A stretch of 64,000 bases of DNA from a virus. The notes under the pieces were generated by a model, which saw nothing but the letters and a program-made list of their open reading frames with translations, was not told the origin of the DNA and searched no databases. The first letter of the stretch is position 1. Each line of letters opens with the position of its first letter. The translations under genes and the position numbers were made by a program. Positions 21,701 to 31,500 of the stretch are shown one piece after another. The stretch is from IMG/VR virus record IMGVR_UViG_3300008117_000010, positions 46,527 to 110,526 of that record; one strand, 5' to 3'.

Positions 21701-22496
21701 TATTATTACAAGTAATATAACATTTTTAGATGCTAGAGCAAAAGATGTATCAATTGCTATTGTATATGATAATATTGAAGAGTATCCACAAAAGAAATTA
21801 GCCGTACTAGAACAAACTTTTAAGAAACAAAATCGTTTACGAGTTGCAGATTCAAAGAATATTGTCGATATTCTTGATAAGGACTTAGATACACTTCCAA
21901 GTCAAAGAAAGGAAACAGTTAAAATATCTGGTGAGAATTATGAATCATGGATAAAAACTGCTGAACTACCTTCTTTGTTTTTATTAATTAATGAAATAGA
22001 TTCAATGGAAGATCTTGATTTTCAATTTGAAAAAACAGATTTAGGTAATTTATCGGAAAAAAATTATCTTTATCTATTAGTTCGAAATGAAATCATTAGT
22101 AGAATGAAAAAGGGTATTGTAGATAAAAAGACATTAAAGAGTTTAGCACCTGCAGGTTCAGTAGTTATAATGGAAAATAGTCAGCTTTATCCTAGAGGAT
22201 TTGGGTATGTTACAAAATCAGGCAATGTTATGCCTTTATATCCTGAACAATCTTCAGGAGATACTGATTTTAAAACATATGGTAAAGCCCCATCTAGTTC
22301 TAATAAAGTAATTGCAATAATGCAATCTATGGAATTAGGTGAAGGAGAAACTACCACTGATGAAAATATACAAGCAAAAGAAAACTTAGAATCAATAAAA
22401 GGTAATCCTTTATCTACTGATGAGCTTAGTGAAATTGCTAATAACCCAGAGGATATAACAGATGCCCTAAATAATTTTAAAGATAATCTTTGTTAA
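12777..22496 (+). CDS. Giant polyvalent virion protein (membrane-like N-terminal segments, degenerate zincin, PD-(D/E)XK nuclease, ART-like and variable cassettes)
   Basis: 3239 aa. Gly/Ala hydrophobic segments and FAEGLQEVYQE; GQVDLV..LDIKT..QLNIY; YHHT..FGDGLNAS; internal repeats; directly upstream of the RNAP gene. Confidence 0.75.
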   Translation: MAEVNSTPNTFEVKSDSGNTINVIPKTPSTSSSKLYDEQATVGNSVSGPNPSPTGVSSTDRLNNAVLKIKDTTDPYAYAKPSAFNSTHTGLNFDRYSNHSQFRNLGFSPFRDNETIYNNNSSWFDDFGRAASQYGTLFSAGATSLFKNWGSLSNTTPDFDSANTMEKAMAIGSSSKSGFGASFTNFFLNSAYTVGVIAEIAAEEIALGLATGASGGGAAPAALTRTGLNIGRFTKAIGQLFKGANNISTARKVWNVAKKITPFGDTADLARGLIKGERATLRGIYKDYNSLDNFAKSKALFGQFYRDVREINAASSESKLEAGMVSNEVSAKLIDEFYRDNGRMPNFNESQVIHSQALQAGSEAYLYNMPAIYFSNKLVLEGALKGIKPFRSIMNKVPNNLRPVIKTVDGKKTAKVYDMNNIKSYLNLDSIRMLGKALRPKNLVGTGIRYTSANFAEGLQEVYQESLSAGLIDHYTNKNFGQERLGQAGLLNSLRLGAAELDKQNMALETFLSGFFMAAPIGGLQTIAFKKAPRLYQKYRNPEKYKQYIDDRKNAITKLENSLNAIINDPAKFANDFYANATEQNNLITRQLESEEAGDIAGAKNIKEQSFFEHVHTLLKHNMLDEFQTQMRDLLKLDDTSLKEAFGNGRESIEGDSFNAGLRDRINKAISRADRLKERYEESNEKFVNDYNPDTERDLYEAFEEGKKAYLFNEFMFERVGSRIQSMTGSLASNPKLSQVLGGDIAILFDTTAGGALQSKIKNLESEIKIYEQATTAEDKEILKQKQEEYEGLNTWYSAITAFERTYDESVKLENFDPSKAEKFVLQFPKGSPIEYTNTKGEKVEGKFVGVLGKNILIEIVNKKGKKQRVAVDRSKTAFMGEQDIDLSAQEIQFGDQTTLVDSMVYMLEALFGQVDSSFQIKGIEPLKGYLNTLAGPNGLNMTKDEMGEIFANVLDIVRLRKDSARHINALNILTDPDYFNSNVEKIGQLISTANRLAKIKVKAMLDDYERMMDNHHLLQELYEIGIFLDPNNVDALVNKNKIPSSFYAATNLPNIPELTQIDPSNPQHKDIYNKILEVLESYEALKGIEFVGKVDPTAISQTIPLGQQFQKQKGDERTILDLATEYGFNKDNPTDISAKELLQKIIDSQFGYLPDKQLARRLLSVIKDDINISFNRNHPVAVSYDTTNGIVINPNFSAANYRTGILNIEKVILNGLMQKLVNDNLTNAKFKADIENIKTKVQEAIVSGKLNAIIEQLEQQWNVVFPKNEKGDIIIDDVVGLKSIEQFVAMAMTDLSFQSILANTITEETNKSVWQEFLESLRNLLEQITGLYKGGNALEETLRITSTAILGEQITETQTTAEEINVATPLQQLPEDLTDALNVAWNELSPEDKQSYGSIDSWIQGSSAAATIINNYKKKKEKKEVGDDKKGLIQNTLTVAQLSYLRNKSGLEESDIFSMELPELIEIVNGKFRVLAPNENQNLTSAQLQEGRIIKTFNGITMTNVPIGTQNVVNPAVQQQLVQIGSKLEAIFSNVLGRGDASKVALLKNQAKAVGDNIINQIKQIYNINQLQYDENISSKIRTLLSDPSKYFFRVTSLNNIVEEIRKSTKDNIQAKLSEAIEKVLKEPDLSETSKNYTDRGTVIDEFFRMGLRGMLDQEINDTYVNRLLDLAYQNVQSKLNVQTPIIFSDKFKKDLTKTLKHVVDYMRINNYRALTDTNELFGSIGIIPVSGQVDLVLYNDKGDLLILDIKTMMPKNDRAKFKGYAESFEETLVEDRVGYVEKDTAQLNIYRELIQSLVGTELNKNNMRIQGMGILPLLVNMSIAGNGTRTISSIEISPSVSNVNNKNKPIGLYIPIIEKTTVELFPELYPQAPPATGIDATELARRKKLVGWTASYELATIAKREGIDLSKLSREEYANYAIKNGLKIDDSQLRTNPKHRNATSSQEVGEMLKADRASLSDVTKKAFNSFYNAIMAIVNKPQAERYLAQNVRLYSDTKNSNSWLYFGINNGTNTNESFTHKSYFSLKNLNDFSPELFRDFMIELQKRGYNGGVKIFQDLEVQGPALSDQVVMHGYSENDAKLALQVAKEFYGDKILESSYGKDEVINGKNMSYSQILSDKIKERVDSGNTQPLEGTTPPPAAPVVDVVTVYHHTNVKPEDFNFGTFQRGKEQVSQFGDGLNASSTTTPFLVQRYGQPIQGEIKDSDFIVIDANKTEKELYNELRAKGYNFNNPATGSYIGNDPAKEYDGTEKANEQPAIISLFNDFQKSNPEVKGVKVVNHIIGNQKVDPFYVIYDAKSFYGPGSLSKKAPVSDQAKKADIEIGKIANTEYEVKSDGVYYQGKKLNNPQNKTHRQLIETDIERRKQSELKFYTGNDLKQQITDLLNSEVPVPEITVKINNPLWNKQRAAQLEALDNNARIPKKIIRAAFINTQFIVNGEKYIIEKDSKYAYSNVRKESNNEIIGKITDGGYDYDGETINKDAFLKLLKNVDSPKISEFMENKINAKYKAELAALEGAKSTTPVSDIERRRQESINSIVETYNKGNDLIIGNAIITKADGTTESISDLKDVVTTGDPFQRLKDKINSRYKELAALEASVSNVEVKNTISNGDKIISVQTKPVTDEITDTAEDLFILPDNNPEGRIHINMEPLKDILVVPNNTLTIIDKKTGKEIINKELNPEGAVIFEAMQGRLFVVANINGQLVPFYKSSAGTSGKTQGAWYPFFGYTGAWLVKGGIDKATGKMSYSPEIDKVTDLLNENLVFPDKYIDRATNSIKNTKGEIIIDMNQAFKVNRLWQKEFGSQTGTGTNYEIKGLKENTRSESGLVALITGLNTTELDSSKTPKENSEWFNLISKNAELATSEGKKEEPIPSIINSKTLRDNKIIYISPVLTIPNEIKDDSAVLFYDDYAIAAINNLGFLKEAVTRDNYYQVINDVFYSGGYTSEQVLAFRNAINETAYNSIINALNESPEKVIITSNITFLDARAKDVSIAIVYDNIEEYPQKKLAVLEQTFKKQNRLRVADSKNIVDILDKDLDTLPSQRKETVKISGENYESWIKTAELPSLFLLINEIDSMEDLDFQFEKTDLGNLSEKNYLYLLVRNEIISRMKKGIVDKKTLKSLAPAGSVVIMENSQLYPRGFGYVTKSGNVMPLYPEQSSGDTDFKTYGKAPSSSNKVIAIMQSMELGEGETTTDENIQAKENLESIKGNPLSTDELSEIANNPEDITDALNNFKDNLC
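19711..21373 (+). repeat. Dispersed in-frame direct repeats bounding cassettes in the 3239-aa gene
   Basis: agaactagctgctttagaag at 20309 and 20549 (identical), variant at 21353; ctgatatagaaagaagaa at 19858 and 20353; ctcctgtttctgat at 19711 and 20344. Confidence 0.85.
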
Positions 22497-22506
22497 TTAA
22501 AAAACT

Positions 22507-25500
22507 ATGCAACTTTGTAATATTGATAAGAGTCAAAGAGAATTACTATATAGAGCTATTGCAGCTATAATTAACGACGCAATACAAAATAAACAACCAA
22601 TTGATACTAAAAAAATTGGTAATCAAATATATGATATAGTTTATAAAAAATCTCAGGATAATGCAAAAGCCTTGTCATATGTTTTATTAGTTCCAAAAGC
22701 AATAGATCAAATATTATCATTCAATGATAATTTCAAAGACTACGCCGTAGATAACAAGTTCGAATTTGATGAGTTAGCTAAATTAGTATCATCATTAAAT
22801 AAGTCTTCAGAAGAAACTATATTAAATGATATATCTACTTTCTTAGGAAAGATGTCTAATAAAAATTCATTTGAAGATGCACAAAAGGATTTACAAAATC
22901 TTCAAAGTGAACAAGCTAAAAATAAAAACTCTAAAATATTAGTACCATCATCTTATTTAGCTAAGCCCGAATCTCTTTATACAACAACTGGTCAACAAGG
23001 TTTGCGTGAAGATATCAATATACCAGATCCTTCAATGCAATTTTATTATGATATCATAAAAAAATTAAATACTAATTATATTAATGAAGAGGGCGGAGTA
23101 GTATATCCAAATGTTAAGAGCGGTTTATTTCTAAGTATAATTTCAGGAGTAAATATTGCTGATAATGAAATGTATACTAGAGATGCTGGAAATCGTAATG
23201 AGTATAATAAAAATTTCTTTCTAGCACTTACCGATAACCTTGGTAAAATAATGTATTTCGACACTAACTATAATGTAGTTGAAAGGAGTGCTGGTAAACC
23301 TATATACTTTCCGTTAAGAACTAATCTTGATTCTATTGTTGACAAATTAAATATTGGGCAATCACAACTAGAATCATTAAGAGAAGCCGCTAAATTTATT
23401 AATCAAGATAAGGTTAATAATAGAGTAGTAAATAAAATAACATTTAAGAGTGACGGATATCTTAGTACAAGTAATAGTCTACCTAAAGTAGATATAGCTA
23501 GTATTAAAAATAATAATATACTAACTTTTGTTACCGTACCAGGTAGCAATCAATTATATGTAAGCTCTAAAGGAGAATATCATTTTACAGTAGATGTTTC
23601 TTTTAAAGATTTTACAACAGTAAGAGCTAATCTCATTGCTGATTTAATTCTTAATCCAGTTTATAAAGATGGTAAACTGTTAAGTAATAATGATAAATAT
23701 AATATTCTAAGTAATTGGCTCTTTCAAAGAGAAATGAAATTTGGCCAAAAGAATAAAAAGTTTTATGTAACCCTTAATGGTCAATCACTTAATCTAGAGG
23801 ATAAAGAAGATTCAAAAGAAAAGATTGTTAACTTCTTAACTAGAAAGATTAAAACAGATAAAACAGAATATCAAAATAAATTTACATGGCAAAGCCGCTT
23901 ACTTGAAAATAATGAAACAATATCATTATTTAGTTTAAGTGTTGAAGACGGTAAATATATTTATACAGATAATCCAGTCTCTTATCAAGAATATTTAAAG
24001 CAAATAACATTTGCTAAAATTCAAACTGTTGATGGAGAAATATTTCCAATGAATGGATATATTGGTTATGAGCTTGGTAATAGAATTAGTAAGCCAAAAC
24101 CAGTTGAAACAAAAGTTGAAATAAAAAAACAAACTCCAGTTACATTAGATACGAATGAATATAATCGTGCAGTAAAAGAAGCAGATAGTAAAAAACCAAT
24201 TGAACAAAACTTCTTTGATGGTTATAGACCTAATTCAGATAAAACAAAAATCCATACCATACGACCTGAAATCACATCTATATATGGTAAAGGTGTAAAA
24301 ACACTTAAACTTGTTCAAGAAGGTATTAGAACAAGATCAACTCGCTTAGCTAATTGGATGAAAGAAAATAATCCCAAAGTAGGTGATTATTTTTGGCAAA
24401 TAAATAAAAAGAATCCAAGTGAAAAAGTACTAACTCGAATTACTGCAGTTTATGATAAAACTGATCCCCGCTTTAAAAACAATTGGTTTAAAGAAGGATG
24501 GGTTGATTCAGATTTTAAATATGTAGAAGACTATGCAGGTGCTATAGAATTTGAAGTTATTAAATCAGTTGTTGCAATAGGTGTTCAACCTCAAGTTACT
24601 ACTGAAGAAAAATTCGATTTAATACCAACTCGTCCGATTTCAGAAATAGAAAAGGAAATTGAATCATTTGAAAGTGAAATTAGATATGCAGCTGGCCAAT
24701 TAGAACAGCTTCAAACAAAAATGGAGCTTGTAGAAGATGAAGAAACTATTGAATCTTTTATTTTATCTCAATTTACTCCTGTTAATCCTGAGTCAGCTAG
24801 AAAAGAAACAGGAACAAACATTGGAACAAAACAAGATATTAATCCAGCATTATTAAATAAAAGAGGTCCAAGTGTTGAAAGACTTGCTGAAGAAATTGGT
24901 TCATTAGCAAGAGGAGTACCTTATCATTTTAGAGCAGAGGATGATTATATCCGTGATCAAATTATTGAAATTTTAGTAAAAGGTAAAGCTAAATATAAAG
25001 AAGAATTACAAGGTGGTAATCTTCAAGATATAAAATATTATGAAGAAAGAATTAATGATATATCAAAAAAACTTGATGAGTTAAATGTTGAATTAGAAAA
25101 TGCTAAACTAGCGCCACCAGTTTCTACTCCTCAAGAAACAGTTCAAATAGAATCAATTGAAGAATCAATTGTTAATGAATCTGAGACTAAAGAAGAAGAC
25201 ATTGATTTAGGTGAAATTGATCCTAATGATTTAAAGAATTTATTAGAAAAAAGAATTCTTCAAAAAGAAAGCGAAGTAAAAGCAACAAATGAAAAAATTA
25301 AAAAAGCACTACCGTGGTATAATAGTATAAAAACTAAGAGCGGTAAAAAACTCTCTAGTTTTTTACCAATTAAAGAAATGTTTGATGCAGTTAATACATC
25401 AAATCCAAATGCTGTTGCACACTGGTCAATGTCCGGTATAACATTATTTAATGGTAGTGATTACTCTGATTTATATCATGAAGCTTGGCACGCATTTACT

Positions 25501-28500
25501 CAGCAGTTTTTAACTACTGAAGAAAGAAATAATTTATATAATGCTGTTCGTGGTAAATCAGGAACATTTGAAGACTACAATGGAAATATTGTTGAGTTTT
25601 CATTAGCCTCAAAAAAACAAATAGAAGAATTTCTTGCAGAAGAATTTAGAGAGTTCATGTTGCGAGATGGTAAAGGTATGTATGAAAAGAAATCAATCTT
25701 TTCTAAAATCTTTAATAAAATTCGTGAGTTACTATTATGGTTATTTGATCGTACAACTTATTATGATGTCTACAATAATAGTAAAGCAACTAGAAATATT
25801 TCAAGACTTTTTAATGAACTTCGTATTGGAGAGTTAGCAGAACCTGTAAATGAAGTTGATCCAGACTTTGCTATTAAAGGTTTAGATAGAGTAATTAAAG
25901 TAAAAGATAGTAGCGATACATTTACAATAGAGGAGAGTAAAACTATAAGTGATACAATAGATAGTTTATTTAGTGAGTATAGTGATAAAGTAAATAACGC
26001 AACAAAAGTTAAATCAGCATCTATTCAATTACAAATAAGTCCAACATTCCAATTAAATGCATATAAGTATGCAAAGAATAGATTAATTCAAAGGAAAAAT
26101 GAATTAGTTCAAAAAGTAAAAACAAAACTAAGTGAAAAGAAAATTGATGATCTTAATACAGAAGAACTCAATTTATTTCGTAAAGACATTAAAAATATCA
26201 ACTTATTAAAAAAAGCGATTAAAGCTTTTATAATTCCTGAGAATCTTAACAATGTAAAAAGTGCAAAAGAAATTGATGGAATTATTAGTAGTCACCAACA
26301 ATTATCTGAATACTTAAAAGATATTGTTCAATTAGAAGAAGAATATAACATTCTTAATAATAATGTTATTGCAGATAGAGCAGGTAATGCAAACTCATTT
26401 GAACAACTTACAGATCCCAAACTCTTATATACATTTGGTGGTGTATTTGAAAGAGATGAGAAAGGAGAAATTATAAAAAATTCTTTAGGTTTTAATAAAA
26501 CAATGGCTCCTAAGCGTGTATTTAACAAGCTTAGTAACATACTGGAGACAAATGATAATGAAAAAAGACCGAATAATATAACGGCGCTTTATAAAAAAAT
26601 GGAATCTTTACAAAAAACAGATCCATTTATTAAGGACATACTAAATAAATTAGGTAGTCCATATACTACTAATACAAATGTTAATAGCTTATGGTCAGCT
26701 TTAGAAGTTTTAATCTTACCTGTAGCACATGTAATGCGTGCTGAAATTGTAAAGGGAGATAACAATTCTATATCTGCTGTATTTGTAACAAATGCTTCGC
26801 TTGAAACAGAATCAGCAATCCGTTCATTTGCAAACTATACTGCTGTACTTGACTCCTCAGATCCAAATAACTTTTTATTTGAGAATGCTGATGGTGTTAA
26901 TATAATAGACCTGAGATCTATTTTTGTACCAACAGAGGGTAGACCAAAAAATTATGGTAACAGTAAAGCTGCTCAAGAAAACCCTTTAGAATTTTTAAGA
27001 GCCATTGGTATATATTTACCAAATGATCCTAATGTCATAAAAGAGTTAATGACAGAGGAAGCACAGGAATATATAAATCGTTTATATAATGCCGCTTTAG
27101 AAATTAAAAATTATAATTATAGTAAAGGCACTAAAGAAAGTGACAAAATAGAAGTCTTTAGTATTAAAGAAATACTAAAAGATTATTCAAAAGATCCAAA
27201 ATATAAAAATGTTAAGAAGCTTCCTAAAGGACAAAGCGTTGCCAAAAAATTCTTTACAAAACTTTACTTAAAGTATTCTGATCAATCAAATAACTTAAGT
27301 ATTACAACAGTTGATGATAAAACTGTATTCCAAAGATCTTTGCCTAATACATTAATGATGAAAGCACAAATTATAAATAGTGCTGATTCATTTAATAATT
27401 TAGTAAGTATTCCTGAAACTGAAGATTTAGCAAAAGAAATAAACGGTAAAACAAAAAACCCTTGGTCAAAGGCATCTCAATTATTAAACAAAGTTTTGTT
27501 TGATGAAAAGGGTAATAAAAGAGAAGGTGCTAGAATAGATATTGCTTCTTTAGATGGATTAAAAATAAGATTAGATGAAGTAGATTTAGCTGCCATTAAA
27601 TCATCAGACTCAGATCCATACTCAAAACAATTATTAGATATTATTTTCACATTAGAATATGGTGTATCTGAAGCAACACGACACGCGGGTAAAAGTTCAA
27701 CATTCCTTTTTGAGATAACAAGAAGTGATGGCTCTAAACATTATATTAATCTTGAAAAGTTTACAAGAAATATTAGTAAAGGTGAAAATATATTTAATAG
27801 TGGTATTGTAGATGCCGTAAATATTTTTGTAAATTATTTAGCTTCAGAATATGAGCGCATTCAACTTGCAACCAATGATCCAGAAAATAAAAATATAAGA
27901 ACTGGTAATGGTAAATCCATGGCCGAAGTAGGATCAGAATTTTTATTGTTTAAAGATATTATACCTAAATCAATACTAGACAATATTAAGTCTATTGAAG
28001 GTGTTGAAACATATGAAGATTTTTTACAGCATTTAGATAATAATGTTTCTTTAAGAGACTCTATAAAGAAAAACATATATAATTACTTAAACAACGTAGT
28101 TAAACAAGAATTAAATGATTTCAATAAACTAAATGTTAAAAAAGAATTCAATGATATTCTTCATAAGAAAATGAAATCAGCAAGTCAAAGAGCATTAAAG
28201 GGTGGTAAAATAACTAAAGAAACAGAACTCAATTATAATCAATTACGCAATAGTGCTATTACTGCTTATACAATAAATTCATTAATACATAACATTGAGA
28301 CTGGATTACTTTTTTATGGTGATCCAGCAATATTTAATAATAATAAACAGGATTATCAGAAACGAAATTCGGGTGCAGGATCAACAGGTATTGTAACCCG
28401 TACAGATGATGCCTATTTACAATTCATTAATAGCAAAGGTGGTCTAGGAAAAGTAAAGAATGAACAAAGAAATTTTGATGGTACCTTAAATACGGTAGTA

Positions 28501-31500
28501 TTAAATGATCCTAAGACTACTGCAAAACTATATAATGAATATATAAAAGCAGCTAAAAATAAAGAAAGTGAAAGATTAAAAAAGCTTAAAAAATCACAGA
28601 AAGAAATAGATATAGCACTTAAAAAAATAGAAGAAAAGTTTTCTGAGGCATATGAAAATATGAAAGAAGCAGATGCCCAAGGATATATTTCTTTTTCTGC
28701 ATATAGAGCTTTGTCTTGGGGTATGAATAAATGGACCCTAGCTCAAGAGCTTGGATATCAAAAAATAATGAATGGTGAAAAAATAGATAATGCTGATATT
28801 CTTTATCCTGTTCGTAAATACCAATATTGGGGATCTTTACAAACAAAAGGATTACCAGCAACAGCCTTTCATAAATTCTCATTATTACCACTAATTCCAA
28901 CATTAACGGAGAATGCACCACACCTGAATGCACTTCGAATGAAAATGGAAAATGAAGGTATTGACTACTTAACATTTGAAACAGGATCTAAAGCAGGTAC
29001 AATCGCAATAGATAATAAACTTGATAATCTTTATAAGGGAGATTCAAGCGATCGTATTTTAGATTTACCAGTAGAGTTTACAAAGAATGTAGTATTTGCA
29101 AAATTTTTAAAGGAACAGTTATCTATTGCTCCTCAATTTAAAGAGACTGTTACCTTCTCTACGCAGTTAAGAAAACTTGTGATTGAAGGTTTATGGGAAG
29201 AAGGGGAACCTGTTGGTAAAAATGAAGAAGAAAAAAATAATGTAAAACAAAAAACTGCAGCATATATTAATGCAGTTAATAACTTAACTGAACTTCTATT
29301 TATAGAATTAAAAGATAAAGCAGGTATAAATCCAGAGACAAATAAGGTTGAAAATAAAGTAAAACTTATTGATTATCTAACTAATGCTCTTGAAAATAAG
29401 GATACACCTTATCATATAATTGAACAAATAGCAAGTCTTAAGACTCGATTACAAACCGGAATATCATTTGACTATTTAATTCAAGCAAGTGATATTGAAA
29501 AACTTATAACAGGTCTTGTATATAAGAAAGTTATTAATCAAAAAGTATATGGTGAAGGACTTATTCAAGTTTCAACTGCAGGATGGGCAGTTAAAAAAGA
29601 TGACAACCTAAAATTCTATCGAACAGAAAATGGTGTTGTTAAACCAATGCAAGTTAAAATTGCAATGCAAGGTGAGTTTCTTAATCTTCTACAACATCCT
29701 GATGTATTAGATATAGTTAGTGCAGAAGAAAATATAACTGAATTACAAGCCTTAAATCGTTTATTAAAAGATGAAGCATGGGTAAATAAAAACCGTGAGA
29801 TGATTACTTTAATGGGTCCTCGTATTCCAGTACAAGGATTGAACTCCATGGAAGTAATGGAAATTGCTGAATTCTTACCACGCAATTATGGAAACGTTAT
29901 TGTTGTGCCATCAGAAATTGTTGGTAAAGCAGGTTCAGACTTTGACGTTGATAAACTTAGTATTGTATTCCCAGGAATTAAAGTATATAATGGAGTACCA
30001 CAAGTAGTTAATTTTAATAAAAATTTATTTAAGCAAACAACTAGAAGTCAATTAATAAAAGAAAAAGTAAGATTAGAAAAACTTGTTGATGTTACATATG
30101 AAACTCGTCGTGGTCTTTATGAAATGATAAAAGACGATGCAATCTTTACAGATGAACAAAGAGTAGCACTTGAAAGATTATACGCAGAACATAAAGAACA
30201 AATGGCTGAAGTTAATATACGTATTAAAGAACTTGAAGCACAATGGGAAGAAACAGGAGGAGCTGAAGTATTATTAAAGGGAACTATTCCTGATGACTAT
30301 TCATTACAAAATACTCTTTTAAATACCTATGCTGAAAGAGCTAGAATACGAAAGCAATTCCAAAATAATAGATATCTATATAAGTCAACGTTTATTGACG
30401 AAGATTTTAAGAATGATTTAGAAGCAATTGAAAATAAGATAGATGATGTTACTAAGCAGATTGATTCTATATCTATAGCTGCAGCAGAATATGATGTATT
30501 AAAATCTACAATTGATATACTATTATTACCACAAAACTTTGTAAGCTTAATTACTCCAAATACAACCATAGACGCAAAAGGATTATCAAAAGAAATGCGT
30601 AAAAGAGTAGACTTTGGATATTCTACAGAAGATAACTTTCTTAAAGAGAACAAAGGGTTTTCACCTACTCGTATATATGAACCAAAATATAATAGAGAAA
30701 AATTAGATTACAATAAAGTAGGTAAAGATTCACTTGGTATTGGTGCAGTAGATAATACCTTTAATGTATTATTAAATTATGTTGGAGCATATTTAAACAA
30801 TGATGTCGCTATAACAAAGGATTATTCCCGTAGAATTGTAATTCGTGGTTTAAAGCATAATAAATATAAGGATACAGAAAACATATCATTAAGTAAAATA
30901 TACGATGCTAACAATGAATTTAAAATATCTGATATTATAAGCCAGTTTATTAATGGTTGGGTGGATGTTGAAAAGGATGAGTGGATATTCTTTATTCAAG
31001 GTAATAAAGAATTAAGTAGTACACTTCTTTTTATGATACAGGCAGGTATCCCATTAAACGATGCTGTGGTATTTCTAAATCAACCAATTATACGAGATTA
31101 TTATAATCGTGTAAGATTAGCACTTTCACCAGCTTCTGAAATTTTAGAAGAAGGTAAAAAAGATAAGTATGTTCGAAATAAAGTATTTGATGACTTAATG
31201 TATAATAATGATATATACAGAAATATTTATGATGGTGAAAAGGAAAAAACAAAAAAATCATTTTCAAAAGCAGGAAGATTTTATGCAATATCAACTATAG
31301 CAGAAAAATATAAGTTTAATAAAGAGTCTTTAGAGAGCAAGCTATCTAATCCAATTGGTACTTATAGTCAAGACGACTATGCTATTTTAGGACACTTTTT
31401 TGAATTAAGAGAAAATGCCAATTCATTAACAAATATTAAAATGGCATTAAACTTTGATACAAAAAGAGAAACAAGTATTGACGAAGTAAAAGAAAAACTA

